From Paraspadella gotoi (taxonomy: Eukaryota; Animalia; Chaetognatha): DNA of 64,000 bases. Below the pieces are notes generated by a model. That model made no database searches, had not been told where the DNA came from, and saw nothing but the letters and a program-made list of their open reading frames with translations. The DNA lies in contig CM119269.1 of assembly GCA_051294375.1 (NCBI GenBank), positions 4,794,686 through 4,858,685 on the forward strand, in the 5' to 3' direction. This document shows, in pieces, positions 42,489 to 56,341 of this stretch. Position numbers and translations under genes: made by a program. How positions within the stretch are numbered: the first letter of the stretch is position 1; every line of letters begins with the position of its first letter.

Positions 42489-45404
42489 NNNNNNNNNNNN
42501 NNNNNNNNNNNNNNNNNNNNNNNNNNNNNNNNNNNNNNNNNNNNNNNNNNNNNNNNNNNNNNNNNNNNNNNNNNNNNNNNNNNNNNNNNNNNNNNNNNNN
42601 NNNNNNNNNNNNNNNNNNNNNNNNNNNNNNNNNNNNNNNNNNNNNNNNNNNNNNNNNNNNNNNNNNNNNNNNNNNNNNNNNNNNNNNNNNNNNNNNNNNN
42701 NNNNNNNNNNNNNNNNNNNNNNNNNNNNNNNNNNNNNNNNNNNNNNNNNNNNNNNNNNNNNNNNNNNNNNNNNNNNNNNNNNNNNNNNNTTTATTGGAAA
42801 GCTTTCAAACTTGGGTTTTAGGACCTGAGAGTAATCTGCTTTAAGGCGTCCTACCTATTAAAAAGAGTGACAGTTGTACTTGTTTGTACTTGTTTGTTTT
42901 TAAAAAGAGTGACANNNNNNNNNNNNNNNNNNNNNNNNNNNNNNNNNNNNNNNNNNNNNNNNNNNNNNNNNNNNNNNNNNNNNNNNNNNNNNNNNNNNNN
43001 NNNNNNNNNNNNNNNNNNNNNNNNNNNNNNNNNNNNNNNNNNNNNNNNNNNNNNNNNNNNNNNNNNNNNNNNNNNNNNNNNNNNNNNNNNNNNNNNNNNN
43101 NNNNNNNNNNNNNNNNNNNNNNNNNNNNNNNNNNNNNNNNNNNNNNNNNNNNNNNNNNNNNNNNNNNNNNNNNNNNNNNNNNNNNNNNNNNNNNNNNNNN
43201 NNNNNNNNNNNNNNNNNNNNNNNNNNNNNNNNNNNNNNNNNNNNNNNNNNNNNNNNNNNNNNNNNNNNNNNNGAGAGAGAGAGAGAGAGGGAGCGACGTC
43301 GGCGGGAATGGAACGAAATAAAAGTTTTTGTTAGAAAAAATAAATGGCTAACAAAGGGAAAACTATTAAATATGTATGTCAACCGGGGATAAAATATTCA
43401 TTGAAAAAAGGAAGAATTAATTATTAAAAACTGTTGTTTATCAGTCAAAGAATAAAGGGCACTATGATCAAGACCCGAATGCAAAAGAGAAGAAGAGGAA
43501 GAGAATGATAACAGTTATAAGAAGAAGAAATAATAATTTTTTTTAGTTATTAGATAACCTGTTATCAAACGCGTAATGAACAAAATTCACATAAGAAGAA
43601 AAATGAGAAAAGATGTGGTGGTTACTTTTCCTCGACATTTCTACATTTTTGTCTTTAGAAAAAATTTAGTGAAATTGTTTGTTTAGTTTACATACAACGA
43701 ATTTGTTTTTTTATTTTCAAGGTCAGGGTGTAAGCCAAAACGCCATATTTTTTAATAACGAACTATTCCTTTCTTTTATGGATTTAAGTTCTACGATTGA
43801 ATAGAAAAAACATAAATTAAATCTAGAAATATACAATTATACATAGTAAGTAAAAAATAATATATTTATTTAATAACAAATAATTTTGTTTAATATTATA
43901 AAATCTAATACTTAAAATAGTGAAACAAGTACTTTTCTTATTTTTATATTCAACTTCATTAAATTTCTTTCCGCGCAAGAAAAAAACGCTGCACTTCCAC
44001 GGTAGCGTGCGAAGAAGAAATACGGTACAAAACAAACGCGACAGAATATAAATCATTTAAACTCGAACGCATTAATCTCGGTTGCTAAGCGACGAGCGAA
44101 AAAGAAAAAAAAAATCTCTTCTCTCGTTTATCAAGTTGAATTTTCGTCGAGGAAAATGCGAAAGCCAAAACTTGGAGGGCCAAAGACGAACGAGTTCGTC
44201 GCGCGACGATCGTCCTTTGCCAACTGATATCGGTCGGTCGGCCCGGCTATCTGTCGGTCGATCGGTCGGAATACATCCTTTTTTTGTTATTCAACATTCG
44301 TCAAACATTTATCGTTCACTTTTCATCGAGATTCTGCCCCCGGTTTCTCAGCTCGGCTTTCGCTTTCTCCCTTCAATCAACGACCGAGGGAAATCTCGGA
44401 CGTTCCACCGACGAGTGGATCTAATTAAGGGAACCGCGTTGGCCGCTTCTGCGTCTTGCAGTAGTCGTCGTTATCGTCGTCTTCATTGTCGTCGTCATCG
44501 TCGTCATCGTTAGTAACCGTCTTAGGCGTCCTTCGCGTATGTATTCTTCGTCATTGTCATAGTTATCGTCGCTGTTTTCGTCGTTGTCATCGTCGTCGTC
44601 ATACAGGGTTCGAAATCAAAACTTATAAAAATTGAATTATCTTTCAAAAAAAAACCGCAAATCTCCTAAACCGTTTGAAGGATATCAATGAAATTTACAT
44701 CAAATATAAACCAAACGTGAACGAATTCATTCTCCCGATTTATAGAGAGAGAGAGAGACGAAAGACGAGAGAAGAGAAGAGCAGAGAGACGAGAGTGAAG
44801 AGAAGAGAGAGGAAAGAGAAAGAGAAAGCGAGAAGAGAGAAGCGAGAGAGAGGAGAACAGAGAAGAGGAGAGAGAAAGAGAGGAGCAGAGAGAGAAAGAG
44901 AGAAAGAGACGAGAGAGAGCGAGAGAAAAGAGAGAGCGACGAGCAGAGAAGAAGAGCAGAGAGAAGATGGGAGCAGAGAGCAGAGAGAAAAGAGAGAGAG
45001 AGAGCAGAGGAGAGGAGACGAGAAAGAGGAGCAGAGAAAGAAAGAGGAGAGAGAGAGAGAGCAGCCGACGATCAAGTCCAGCTGGCTCGACGCAGGCTAC
45101 CAAATTATCATGCAGAAAATTAGCTTCTCACTTTAACAGCCTGGTAAGAATTAAAAAAAGGAAAGAGAGAAGCAAATTACGAGCAGCAGAGAGCCAGAGA
45201 GAGAGAGAGACGAGAGGAGAGAGAGAGAGAGAGCAGAGAGGGAGACAAAGAGAGACAACAAGATATCAAGGAATGGGGCAAAAAGAACGAGAAGAAGGAG
45301 GGGCAACATATTCCGTTTTTTTTAACAGCCCCGGCGGAGAAAATTTTCTCCAGTGGGGACGAGAGAGAGAGAGAGACATGAGAGAGAGAGCAGAGAGAGA
45401 GATT

Positions 45405-45830
45405 CCGTCGGTCGGTCCGTCGGTCGGTCCATCGGTCGGTCCATCGGTCGGTCCGTCTGTATGTCTCTACGTCGGTCTATCCCACTTACGTTAAAAATGC
45501 ATATAATTTGTTAAAACTGAAAAAAACCTCAAATCTTCAGGAATTCCGAAAAAAAACTCAATAAGGAATAAAAGACGAGATTTTGATGCAGTGCATGTCA
45601 TAAATACACGGGCAAAGAAATTTTTTTAGTCATGTTGTTCAATAAAAACGCTTATATATCATGTGATCAAAGGAAAATACCTGTGAAAATAAAGTAACTC
45701 CGGCGTTACTCGTTGGAATTTATCGTTCCTGTTTTTTTCTTTCTTTTTTCTCTTTTCTCTTTCTTTCTATTCTTTCTTCTTCTTCCTTTCATCCTCTCAT
45801 TTCACCCCCCTCCCCTCCAAACGATCTCAC
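45405..45830 (+). repeat. HINE-like (GTCG/GTCC)n end plus flank, inverted-duplicated at 49821-50190
   Basis: CCCACTTACGTTAAAAATGC family block at 45481; 45455-45830 is the reverse complement of 49821-50190. Confidence 0.85.
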
Positions 45831-46139
45831 CCGAGCGTTGCCACTACTTAACAGTTTTCAATCTACTTTTATTTGTGTGAACTTTTGACTTTCGCGTTTC
45901 TTTCATCGAGTTTATTCCGGTTATGGTTTTCGGATTCGAGTCGAGGTCGGCGATCGGAGGAAAGAAAAGAAGGAAAATAAAGGGAAAAAAGGAGAGAAGA
46001 AAGGAAAGGTAAAATGAAAGGGAATGGTGGGAGGAAAGGGAAAAAGGAAAGGGGGAAGAGGAGGAAGAGAAAGGATAAAAGGAGGAGAATAATAAAGTGA
46101 GAGAGAAGAAAGAGACGATGAATAGAAAGAAAAAAAAGA

Positions 46140-46151
46140 AAGAAAGAGAAA

Positions 46152-46247
<96 letters not shown>

Positions 46248-46250
46248 AAA
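46140..46250. repeat. (GAAA)n microsatellite
   Basis: More than 20 perfect GAAA units. Confidence 0.95.
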
Positions 46251-46579
46251 ACGAAAGACGGAATAAAAAGAATCAAACATTATTTTCATCCTTATGAAAA
46301 AAAAAAAGAAAAAAAGGATTATTAACAAAAAGGACCAAATATTTTGAATCACTTTTTTTTCTTTTAATTAAATAGAAAACATAGACAAACGTAGACAAAC
46401 ACAAACACGTGATATAAATTGAAAGAAAATCAAATTATGTCTGAGAAAAGAAAAAATCTCGAGGATGATTGGTCTTTTGTTTTTTTTTTCATAGATTTTT
46501 AAAGTTTTTTGACTTCTAACCGACGACATTAGCGACATTACGGAGAAAATGAAACCAAACCAGCACCACGAAGCGAAAT

Positions 46580-48719
46580 GCAGACGAGACGAACGATGGA
46601 CGACCGATGACCGGACCGACGGAGCCGACCGACGGACCGACTGAGGACAGACCCGACGGGAACCGACCGCGGATGACCGATGGACGAACGACGACGGACG
46701 ACGGACCGACGGACCAAACGACGACGACCGACGGACCGAACCGATGGCCAACGACGGGCGATGACGGACAGACGACGGACGACCGCGGACTCGACCGATG
46801 GACCGATAGACGGACGAATGGACGGACGCGGACGGACGACGAAGCGACCGACGGACGACCGATGGACCGAATGACGCGACCGACGGACCGACGACGGACC
46901 GACGACGGACCGACCGATGACCGAGCCGACGGACCACCGAATGACCGGGACCAATGGACGACGCATGGACCTAACCACGGACCGACGATGACCGGACTGA
47001 CGACCGACGACCGGACCGCACGGACCGACGACGGACCGGACCGACGGACCGACCGAAAAAGTGACTTATAGATTTGCGGCGAACTAAAAAAAGATGGAAG
47101 CCAAAGGCTTCAAGATAAGAATAAAATAAGTACTTGTATATTTAGAAAAAATTATGTCAAAAATTGAAAGATATTATAACAACGTCTTTAATCACAAGCA
47201 GTTTTATACAACGAATTATATAATGACAGATAGAAGAAGAGAGCAAGAAAAAAAACAAAACAAAAGAAAAAAAAAAAAAAAAACTGGAGAAGAAAACGAA
47301 AAACTGAAAGTTTTCATGTTTTTTTTTTCTTTCTTACGAATTTCTGGCGGAAATGACCATAAATCACAAACCTGAAAAATTTTTCATGCTGTTGATATTC
47401 GTTTTTTTTTTAATAAATTGGATAAGAAACTTTGCCGGAGAACTAACAACTTTCTAAAGTATATTTTGGAGCCCTATTATACTTGTTAATATTTTGGAAC
47501 ATTTTTATTATATAATATATATCAAATATTGAGTGGAGTACTGTATTATTATTATTTTGTAAATTATTTTTTCTAAATGAATAACAAATATTATTACTAT
47601 TAAAAGCTTGGATATGAGATTGAATTAAAATACTCAACTAAATATATATATACCTGTTATTTTAATTTGAGATTAAGTTTTAAAATTAACATCATTAATT
47701 TTTGGTATAATAAATAAGTTAATAATCTGTTTTATTTTATTTGTTTATATTTTATATTATCTTTTATTATTAAACATTTGTTTTAAGCCTTTATAAGTAG
47801 AACTGTATTTTGTATCTTTATTTTTTAAAAAAATATTGCCATTTGAAAAGTACTAATTGATTAATCTTTTTTTTAAAAAGAAATTTTATTTTACGTAAAT
47901 TCAATATGAAAAAATCGTAAAAAGGGAGAGGTCTTAAATTAAGAGCTTAGTTTGTACGATAATGATAATATATAACATTCAAATTGTAAGCACACAGACA
48001 AAAAATAATAAATAAAATTAAATTTAAAAATTTTTTCAAGATAATCAATTCATAGCCTAAACAATATTAAAAAACTAATACCTTTTACGCCAATAGAAAG
48101 CCCAATGTTTACTCTTAGAGATAGTCTCTGTTTATACCTTATGTTTTATATTATTTTCAAAGTTATAAGGGGAAATAAAAAAATGTGACTTAAAAATGCC
48201 GAGAATTCTGTTGTTAAACATCAATAATTGAAAAGTATTTTTTGATTTTTAAAAGATAAAGTATGTAAAATGAAGTATTTTTCCGCTCTTGAATTGACGC
48301 AGGTTAAATTTGATTCCGATGATATTTTTTAAGATATCTATGCATTTAATGAAAAAAACGCGTTTTTTTGCAAATTTTGAGAGTTTGCAGCACTTATTAT
48401 CGAATTTTCAAAAAACAAGATAGAAAAAATTATGCATATAGGGGACTAATTTGTACTATGTGCTAAATTCTTAAAAACTTTTAAAATTTGCTAAGGCCTA
48501 CCAATGGTTTTCAATTCATTCCTTTTCTATAAAGAGGAAGAGGAGGAGGAGAGGAGGAGGAGGAGCGAGGAGGAGTGTGGGGAGGAAAAAATTAAAAAAG
48601 GAACGAGACCCTGAACTCGTGGTAGAAAAAAAGGAGAGAAAAATAAGGGAGCGAGGATGAAAGAGGAGAGAAGAGAAGTGAGAGAGAGAGAGAGAGAGAG
48701 AGGAAGGAGAACGAGAAGG
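46580..48719 (+). repeat. Apparently identical 2.14-kb direct duplicate of 50184-52323 (offset 3604)
   Basis: No differences seen by eye; identical ORF translations in the track (46607/50211, 47154/50758, 47443/51047). Confidence 0.95.
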
Positions 48720-49200
48720 GAGAGTGAAAAAAAGTCGGCCGTAAAACGCGGTAATGAAATACACAAGATAAATATAAGCTAACAAATTTGATTTCCTGAG
48801 GCGAAAGGAGAAAAAACCGGATCTACGGTTGACGACGTTAAAATAATTGAAACAATCAGATATGGGAAAGAATAACTTTTTTTTTATCCACTATATTCTG
48901 TTTCCCCCCATTTCTCAGGAAAGAGGGCGTGGCTTGTCTTGACTTGAGCTTCGAACCCATCGTCTTTGCCTTCAGCCGATGGTGATACTTGTTTGTGGGG
49001 CGGGGGGGGTGTCAGTTAATGATGGTTTTTCTTCATCGCTTTAACTTCGCATCGCAAATTAGAATCTCAAATGGGATGCCCAATGCCAATTGCACATTAC
49101 ACCAATGCCATTCACATAATATCAAAGGACTTTTTGGCTATAGATGGAACTAACTACACTTCACTTTTTTTGCGGAAACCTGAGTTTGATACCAAAAGTT
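48720..49200. repeat. Inverted duplicate of ~52800-53262
   Basis: GATTTCCTGAGGCGAAAGGAGAAAAA at 48790 is the reverse complement of TTTTTCTCCTTTCGCCTCAGGAAATC at 53164. Confidence 0.9.
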
Positions 49201-49689
49201 ACACTCCTACTTCTCGCGGGAACTACTCAGCTCAATGTAAGGCGTAATCTCAGGCACGATCTGATCTACAGCGAAGAGTGATGAGATCGCTGGAGTATTA
49301 TCTCGAGTANNNNNNNNNNNNNNNNNNNNNNNNNCCTCCTCCTCCTCCTCCTCCTCCCTTCCCTCTTCCTCCTCTTATAGAAGAAGAATGAATTGAAAAC
49401 CATTGGGTCAATTTCCGCCAGAAATTCGTAAGAAAGAAAAAAAAAACATGAAAAGCTTTCAAGGTTTTTCGTTTTCTTTCTCCAGTTTTTTTTCTTTTTG
49501 TTTTGTTTTTTTTCCTTGCTCTCTTTCTTTCTATCTGTCATTTATATCATCGTTGTATATATGTGAATTATGGCCTTGTGAATTAAAAGACGTTGTTATA
49601 AAATGTCTTTCTAATTTTGACATAATTTTTCTAAAATATACATGTACTTATTTTTATTTCTTATCTTGAAGCTTTGGCTTCCATCTTAT

Positions 49690-49820
49690 ATTTTGTTGCA
49701 CAGCGACTACTCCCGGAGCAACTCTATAAGTCACTTTTCGGTCGGTCCATCGGTCAGTCCGTCGGTCTGTCCATCGGTCAGTCCGTCGGTCTGTCCGTCG
49801 GTCGGTCCGTCGGTCTGTCC
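49690..49820 (+). mobile_element. HINE/DINE-1-like copy
   Basis: TTTTGTTGCACAGCGACTACTCCCGGAGCAACTCTATAAGTCACTTTTCGGTCGGTCC followed by a 12-bp GTCGGTC(A/T/G)GTCC-type microsatellite. Confidence 0.7.
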
Positions 49821-50139
49821 TGAGATCGTTTGGAGGGGTGAAATGAAAGATGAAAGGAAAGAAGAGAAGAATAGAAAGAAAGGAAAAGGAGAAAAAAGAA
49901 GAAAAAAGCAGAACGATAAATTCAACGAGTAACCCGGAGTACTTTACATGTCCAGGTATTTTCCTTTGATCACTTGAGTATATTAAGCGTATTTTATTGA
50001 ACAACATGACTAAAAAAAGATTCTTTTGCCCTGTGTCTTTATTACATGCACTGCATCAAAATCTCGTCTTTTATTCCTTATTGAGTTTTTTTTTTCGGAT
50101 TCCTGAAGATTTGAGGTTTTGTTCAGTTTTAACAAAATT

Positions 50140-50696
50140 ATATGCATTTTTACGTAAGTGCGGATAGACCGACGTAGGACATAGCAGACGAGACGAACGA
50201 TGGACGACCGATGACCGGACCGACGGAGCCGACCGACGGACCGACTGAGGACAGACCCGACGGGAACCGACCGCGGATGACCGATGGACGAACGACGACG
50301 GACGACGGACCGACGGACCAAACGACGACGACCGACGGACCGAACCGATGGCCAACGACGGGCGATGACGGACAGACGACGGACGACCGCGGACTCGACC
50401 GATGGACCGATAGACGGACGAATGGACGGACGCGGACGGACGACGAAGCGACCGACGGACGACCGATGGACCGAATGACGCGACCGACGGACCGACGACG
50501 GACCGACGACGGACCGACCGATGACCGAGCCGACGGACCACCGAATGACCGGGACCAATGGACGACGCATGGACCTAACCACGGACCGACGATGACCGGA
50601 CTGACGACCGACGACCGGACCGCACGGACCGACGACGGACCGGACCGACGGACCGACCGAAAAAGTGACTTATAGATTTGCGGCGAACTAAAAAAA
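50140..50696 (-). mobile_element. HINE/DINE-1-like copy with a greatly expanded GACC/GAC tract (duplicated at 46580-47092)
   Basis: GCATTTTTACGTAAGTG, about 470 bp degenerate (GACC/GACG)n, then AAAAGTGACTTATAGATTTGCGGCGAACTAAAAAAA. Confidence 0.7.
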
Positions 50697-52684
50697 GATG
50701 GAAGCCAAAGGCTTCAAGATAAGAATAAAATAAGTACTTGTATATTTAGAAAAAATTATGTCAAAAATTGAAAGATATTATAACAACGTCTTTAATCACA
50801 AGCAGTTTTATACAACGAATTATATAATGACAGATAGAAGAAGAGAGCAAGAAAAAAAACAAAACAAAAGAAAAAAAAAAAAAAAAACTGGAGAAGAAAA
50901 CGAAAAACTGAAAGTTTTCATGTTTTTTTTTTCTTTCTTACGAATTTCTGGCGGAAATGACCATAAATCACAAACCTGAAAAATTTTTCATGCTGTTGAT
51001 ATTCGTTTTTTTTTTAATAAATTGGATAAGAAACTTTGCCGGAGAACTAACAACTTTCTAAAGTATATTTTGGAGCCCTATTATACTTGTTAATATTTTG
51101 GAACATTTTTATTATATAATATATATCAAATATTGAGTGGAGTACTGTATTATTATTATTTTGTAAATTATTTTTTCTAAATGAATAACAAATATTATTA
51201 CTATTAAAAGCTTGGATATGAGATTGAATTAAAATACTCAACTAAATATATATATACCTGTTATTTTAATTTGAGATTAAGTTTTAAAATTAACATCATT
51301 AATTTTTGGTATAATAAATAAGTTAATAATCTGTTTTATTTTATTTGTTTATATTTTATATTATCTTTTATTATTAAACATTTGTTTTAAGCCTTTATAA
51401 GTAGAACTGTATTTTGTATCTTTATTTTTTAAAAAAATATTGCCATTTGAAAAGTACTAATTGATTAATCTTTTTTTTAAAAAGAAATTTTATTTTACGT
51501 AAATTCAATATGAAAAAATCGTAAAAAGGGAGAGGTCTTAAATTAAGAGCTTAGTTTGTACGATAATGATAATATATAACATTCAAATTGTAAGCACACA
51601 GACAAAAAATAATAAATAAAATTAAATTTAAAAATTTTTTCAAGATAATCAATTCATAGCCTAAACAATATTAAAAAACTAATACCTTTTACGCCAATAG
51701 AAAGCCCAATGTTTACTCTTAGAGATAGTCTCTGTTTATACCTTATGTTTTATATTATTTTCAAAGTTATAAGGGGAAATAAAAAAATGTGACTTAAAAA
51801 TGCCGAGAATTCTGTTGTTAAACATCAATAATTGAAAAGTATTTTTTGATTTTTAAAAGATAAAGTATGTAAAATGAAGTATTTTTCCGCTCTTGAATTG
51901 ACGCAGGTTAAATTTGATTCCGATGATATTTTTTAAGATATCTATGCATTTAATGAAAAAAACGCGTTTTTTTGCAAATTTTGAGAGTTTGCAGCACTTA
52001 TTATCGAATTTTCAAAAAACAAGATAGAAAAAATTATGCATATAGGGGACTAATTTGTACTATGTGCTAAATTCTTAAAAACTTTTAAAATTTGCTAAGG
52101 CCTACCAATGGTTTTCAATTCATTCCTTTTCTATAAAGAGGAAGAGGAGGAGGAGAGGAGGAGGAGGAGCGAGGAGGAGTGTGGGGAGGAAAAAATTAAA
52201 AAAGGAACGAGACCCTGAACTCGTGGTAGAAAAAAAGGAGAGAAAAATAAGGGAGCGAGGATGAAAGAGGAGAGAAGAGAAGTGAGAGAGAGAGAGAGAG
52301 AGAGAGGAAGGAGAACGAGAAGGNNNNNNNNNNNNNNNNNNNNNNNNNGAGTGAGATTCTGTGAAGCCTGGAAGCGTAACCCTGTAAAGTCTTGTGACTC
52401 TGTGAAGAGACTGTGAGAGGCGACGCAACGGGCGAGCACGTTCTCTCACAACGATTGCGGGTTTTCACGCCATCTGTGACACCAGTGACGCCCGTCACGT
52501 TTGTGACTCGGGTGACGCCTCTGACTAATCGCTCCATTAAACTTTCATCCATTACCTTCGAGATTTTTACTTCATATCATTTCTCCCCGATTCTCGAGAC
52601 AATTCCACTTCCAGAATTCTTTCCAGTCTTTTTTATTTTTTCCGACGAAATCATTCCTAGTTTGAAGTTCCAACCTTTTTACGA

Positions 52685-52815
52685 CAAAACTTATTTAACT
52701 CTTTTACGCCAAAACTTGTTTAAATCTTTTACGCCAAAACTTTTTTAACTCTTTTTCGCCAAAACTTGTTTAACACTTTTACACCAAAATTTTTAACTCT
52801 TTTATGCAAAAACTC
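52685..52815. repeat. ~25-bp minisatellite AAAACTTGTTTAACTCTTTTACGCC (copy at 58890-59020)
   Basis: About 5 imperfect units. Confidence 0.85.
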
Positions 52816-52867
52816 AGGTTTCGCAAAAAAAGTGTAAGTGGTAGTTTAGTCCATCTATAGGCAAAAG

Positions 52868-53066
52868 TCATTGGGATATTGTGCAATGGGCATTGTGTAA
52901 TGTGCAATTGGCATTGGGCATCCATTTGAGATTCAATTTGCGATCGAAGTTAAAGGCGATATGAAGAAAACCATCATAACCTGACAACAAACAAGTATCA
53001 CCATCGGCTGAAGGCAAAGACGATGGGTCGAAGCTCAGAGTCAGAGACAATGCCACGCCCTCTTCC
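52868..53066 (-). CDS. Candidate (terminal?) exon; inverted copy on + at 48919-49130
   Basis: Open frame EEGVALSLTLSFDPSSLPSADGDTCLLSGYDGFLHIAFNFDRKLNLKWMPNANCTLHNAHCTISQ-stop; the copy shows acceptor catttctcag at 48918. Confidence 0.45.
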
Positions 53067-54575
53067 GAGAAAAATGTGGGGGAATAGATAAGTGGATAAA
53101 AAAAAAGTTATTTCTTCCAATATCTGATTTTTCAATTATTTTACTCGTCAACCGTAGATCCGGTTTTTCTCCTTTCGCCTCAGGAAATCAAATTTGTTTA
53201 GCTTATATTTATCTTGTGTATTTCATTACGCGTGTTTACGCCGACTTTTTTCTTTCACTCTCTCGTCCGGAGTCTGCTCTTTCTTTAATCCCAAAAGAAT
53301 TAAAAGAATATAAACAAGGAAAAATATAAACGAAATAAATGAAAAAGAAAAAAAGGAAGGAAAGAAATTAAGGAAAGAAAGAAAGAAAAACAGGAGATAT
53401 TAAAGAAAGAAAGAAAGAAAGAAAGAAAGGGAAAAACTAGAAAAAAAAGAAAACGAAAGAAGGAATAAAAAGATAAAGTTAATTAAAATTAAAAAAATAA
53501 AGTAAATTAGCCACTGCCAAAATTCACGAATTAAGAAATAAATTAACAACCTATTCATTTAGATTTAATTTCTTTTTATTTATTAATTTTTAATTTTCTA
53601 TCTTCCTGATTTTGAATTTTCTGACTTACTTCTTTTCCCTTAATTTTTGTTTATTATATTTTATAAATTTTCATTTGTTTTATTGGTTATTTATATTTTT
53701 TATTAAAAATGAAGGATAATTTTTATTTGGTTGTATAAAGTATTTGATTATTAGTTATAAAGGAAATTTTTGTTGAGAGAAATCACAGCGCGAGCAACCA
53801 ACTCGGAGTTGCTGGTTTCTGTTTAATCCGTTAGTTTCTTAAAATTTTTAGACAAAAGCAAACATTTTTACTTTTTTAATTAATAGTTTTTAAATTTTGG
53901 TGCTCTGTTTTAAATTTTTTCATTGTAAACAAAGGTTTTACTATTATTTTATCATCGCTTATTAACTAATTTTAATATTTAAAAATGAAATTCGTTGATC
54001 GTCGTCAGCCAAAATAAATAATTTGAAAAAACAACGAGTGTTATAAAAACAATTCAAACATTGTTAATTAAGTTTTATCTCTCTCTCTTCAAAATGCCCC
54101 AGTTTTTTAGTTTCCTTGTATATCCAAAAGTTGATTTTATATTATTGAGCTAGTTTTTGCCCAAAAAATGATACATATTTTTTAAGAAATATTAAAAACC
54201 TAGTATATAATAATAATTGCAGAACAATTTCTTTGCTTGTGTTTCACTTTCGGTTTGATCTTTTTACAGGTTTTTAATTTTTTTATTTATTTTAATATAA
54301 TATATTCATATAGAAAAAACTAAAAAAGAATTTTCCCGGCCCCGACCACGATCTCCGGACGTAGTCCTATTGATTCGCGGATTTCTCCGGATCAGAGATT
54401 ATTTCTCTCGATTCCGCGACCTCGAGTCCCGGCGGAAAGATTGGCCGGTCGACGTGTCCGGCCATGGTGGACAAAAGGCTCGGTGCCGGACACCGTGGCT
54501 TCCTCTGCCGCGTAATCTCGATATACCCATGCTCTTTCTCTTCTCTCTCTCCTCTCTCTTCTCTCTCTCTTCTCT

Positions 54576-54624
<49 letters not shown>

Positions 54625-54627
54625 TCT

Positions 54628-54659
<32 letters not shown>

Positions 54660-54710
54660 ATCTCTCTCCCTCTTCTCTCTCTTCTTTCTTTCTCTCTCTC
54701 TCCTCTCTCT

Positions 54711-54767
<57 letters not shown>

Positions 54768-54826
54768 TCTCTCTCTCTTCTCTCTCTCTCTCTTCTTCTC
54801 TTCTCTCTCTCTCTCTCCCTCGTCTC

Positions 54827-54857
<31 letters not shown>

Positions 54858-54899
54858 TCTCTCTTCTCTCTCTCTCTCTCTCTCTCTTCTCCTTCCCTG

Positions 54900-55260
54900 G
54901 GAATGATATCCCGACTCAGCGTGCGCGCCGAGGGCGAAAAGAACCGTCACGAGGCCAAGTGGTTTGCAGTCACGATGGGCTGTGAGCCTATGACTCATCA
55001 TGGTATCCATATAACGAGTGTGCGTCGAGTGATGCAGGTATAAGGGGATGATTATTCGAATAATTTACCGGTTGAGTCTGTGTTGTTCGAAGATGATGAA
55101 TTCCGAAGTTTAGAACAAAACGTGCTATGTAACTGGAGATACTTTGGTTTCCTCCGTAAGTCAAGCTGAATATATTATATATTGAACGCTGAATTCGGAT
55201 TTTCATTGTTGAGAACGCCAATTCTGCCATTTCCGGTGAAGTCTGTGACTTTATTATAAT
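54900..55260 (+). CDS. Candidate exon after a 370-nt CT tract (copy 58165-58515)
   Basis: SRLSVRAEGE...FAVT..CEPMTH preserved in both copies, then DYSNNLPVESVLFEDDEFRSLEQNVLCNWRYFGFLRK. Confidence 0.35.
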
Positions 55261-55581
55261 GTGAGCTTACTGTGATGTCCTGTGACTCTTTAGTCTCTCT
55301 CTCTCTCGGGGGACTACATAACGGAATTCATCAAAGCGGCGTTGAGAGAAATCCTTCTGATTCATTAACTTATCTTTTTTCCATTCATTTTTCCCCCCTT
55401 CCTTTTTACCTTTGAATCTTCCTTTTTTTTCCCTTTTTTTTCCTTTTACTTTTTACTCGACTACTTTTCTTCGTCCTCACGATTTTTTTCGCAGAAATCG
55501 TCGTCTCTCTTATTCGAGACTCGATCCAACGAAGTCCGGGGGAAATGAACGCCCGACTGAGCGAAGGAGGTAGATTTCTTT

Positions 55582-55667
<86 letters not shown>

Positions 55668-56283
55668 GAGGCATATACTTGAAGTTCGCGGACCCAATTT
55701 CGGTCACTCTATTGTTTTCCGGCAGCCGGCTATTGTTCTCCTCCGTCCGCGGCTCAGGTCGCGGACCTGTCCCGAACCTGACCCCGACGGGTCATTTTCT
55801 TCTCTTCTCTTCTCTTCTCTTCCCTCTCGCGGCGGCATCTGGTCAGAGTCCGCGATACCAACGGAGCTGAANNNNNNNNNNNNNNNNNNNNNNNNNCTCT
55901 CTTCTCCTCCCTTCTCTTCTTCTTCTCTCTCTCTCTATCTCTACTCTCTCTCTTTCTCTCTCTTCCCCTCTCTCCCTCTTCTCTCTCTCTCTTCGGGGGC
56001 ACTACATAACGGAATTCATCAAAGCGGCGTTGAGACGAAAATCCTTCTGATCATTAACTTATCTTTTTTCCCATTCATTTTCCCCTTCGCTTTTTACCTT
56101 TGAATCTTCCTTTTTTTCCCTTTTTTCCTTTTTACTTTTTACTCGACTACTTTTCTTCGTCCTCACGATTTTTTTCGCAGAAATCGTCGTCTCTTTATTC
56201 AGACTCGATCCAACGAAGTCCGGGGAAATGAACGCCCGACTTGAGCGAAGGAGGTGATTTCTTTTCTCTCTTCTCTCTTCTCT

Positions 56284-56341
<58 letters not shown>

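Noticed and set aside
46580-47060. CRISPR-like or protein-coding reading of the GACC-rich array (154-aa T/D/R/G ORF)
   Set aside because: No constant repeat with unique spacers and no cas genes; it is a degenerate microsatellite inside a HINE-like element, open in many frames.
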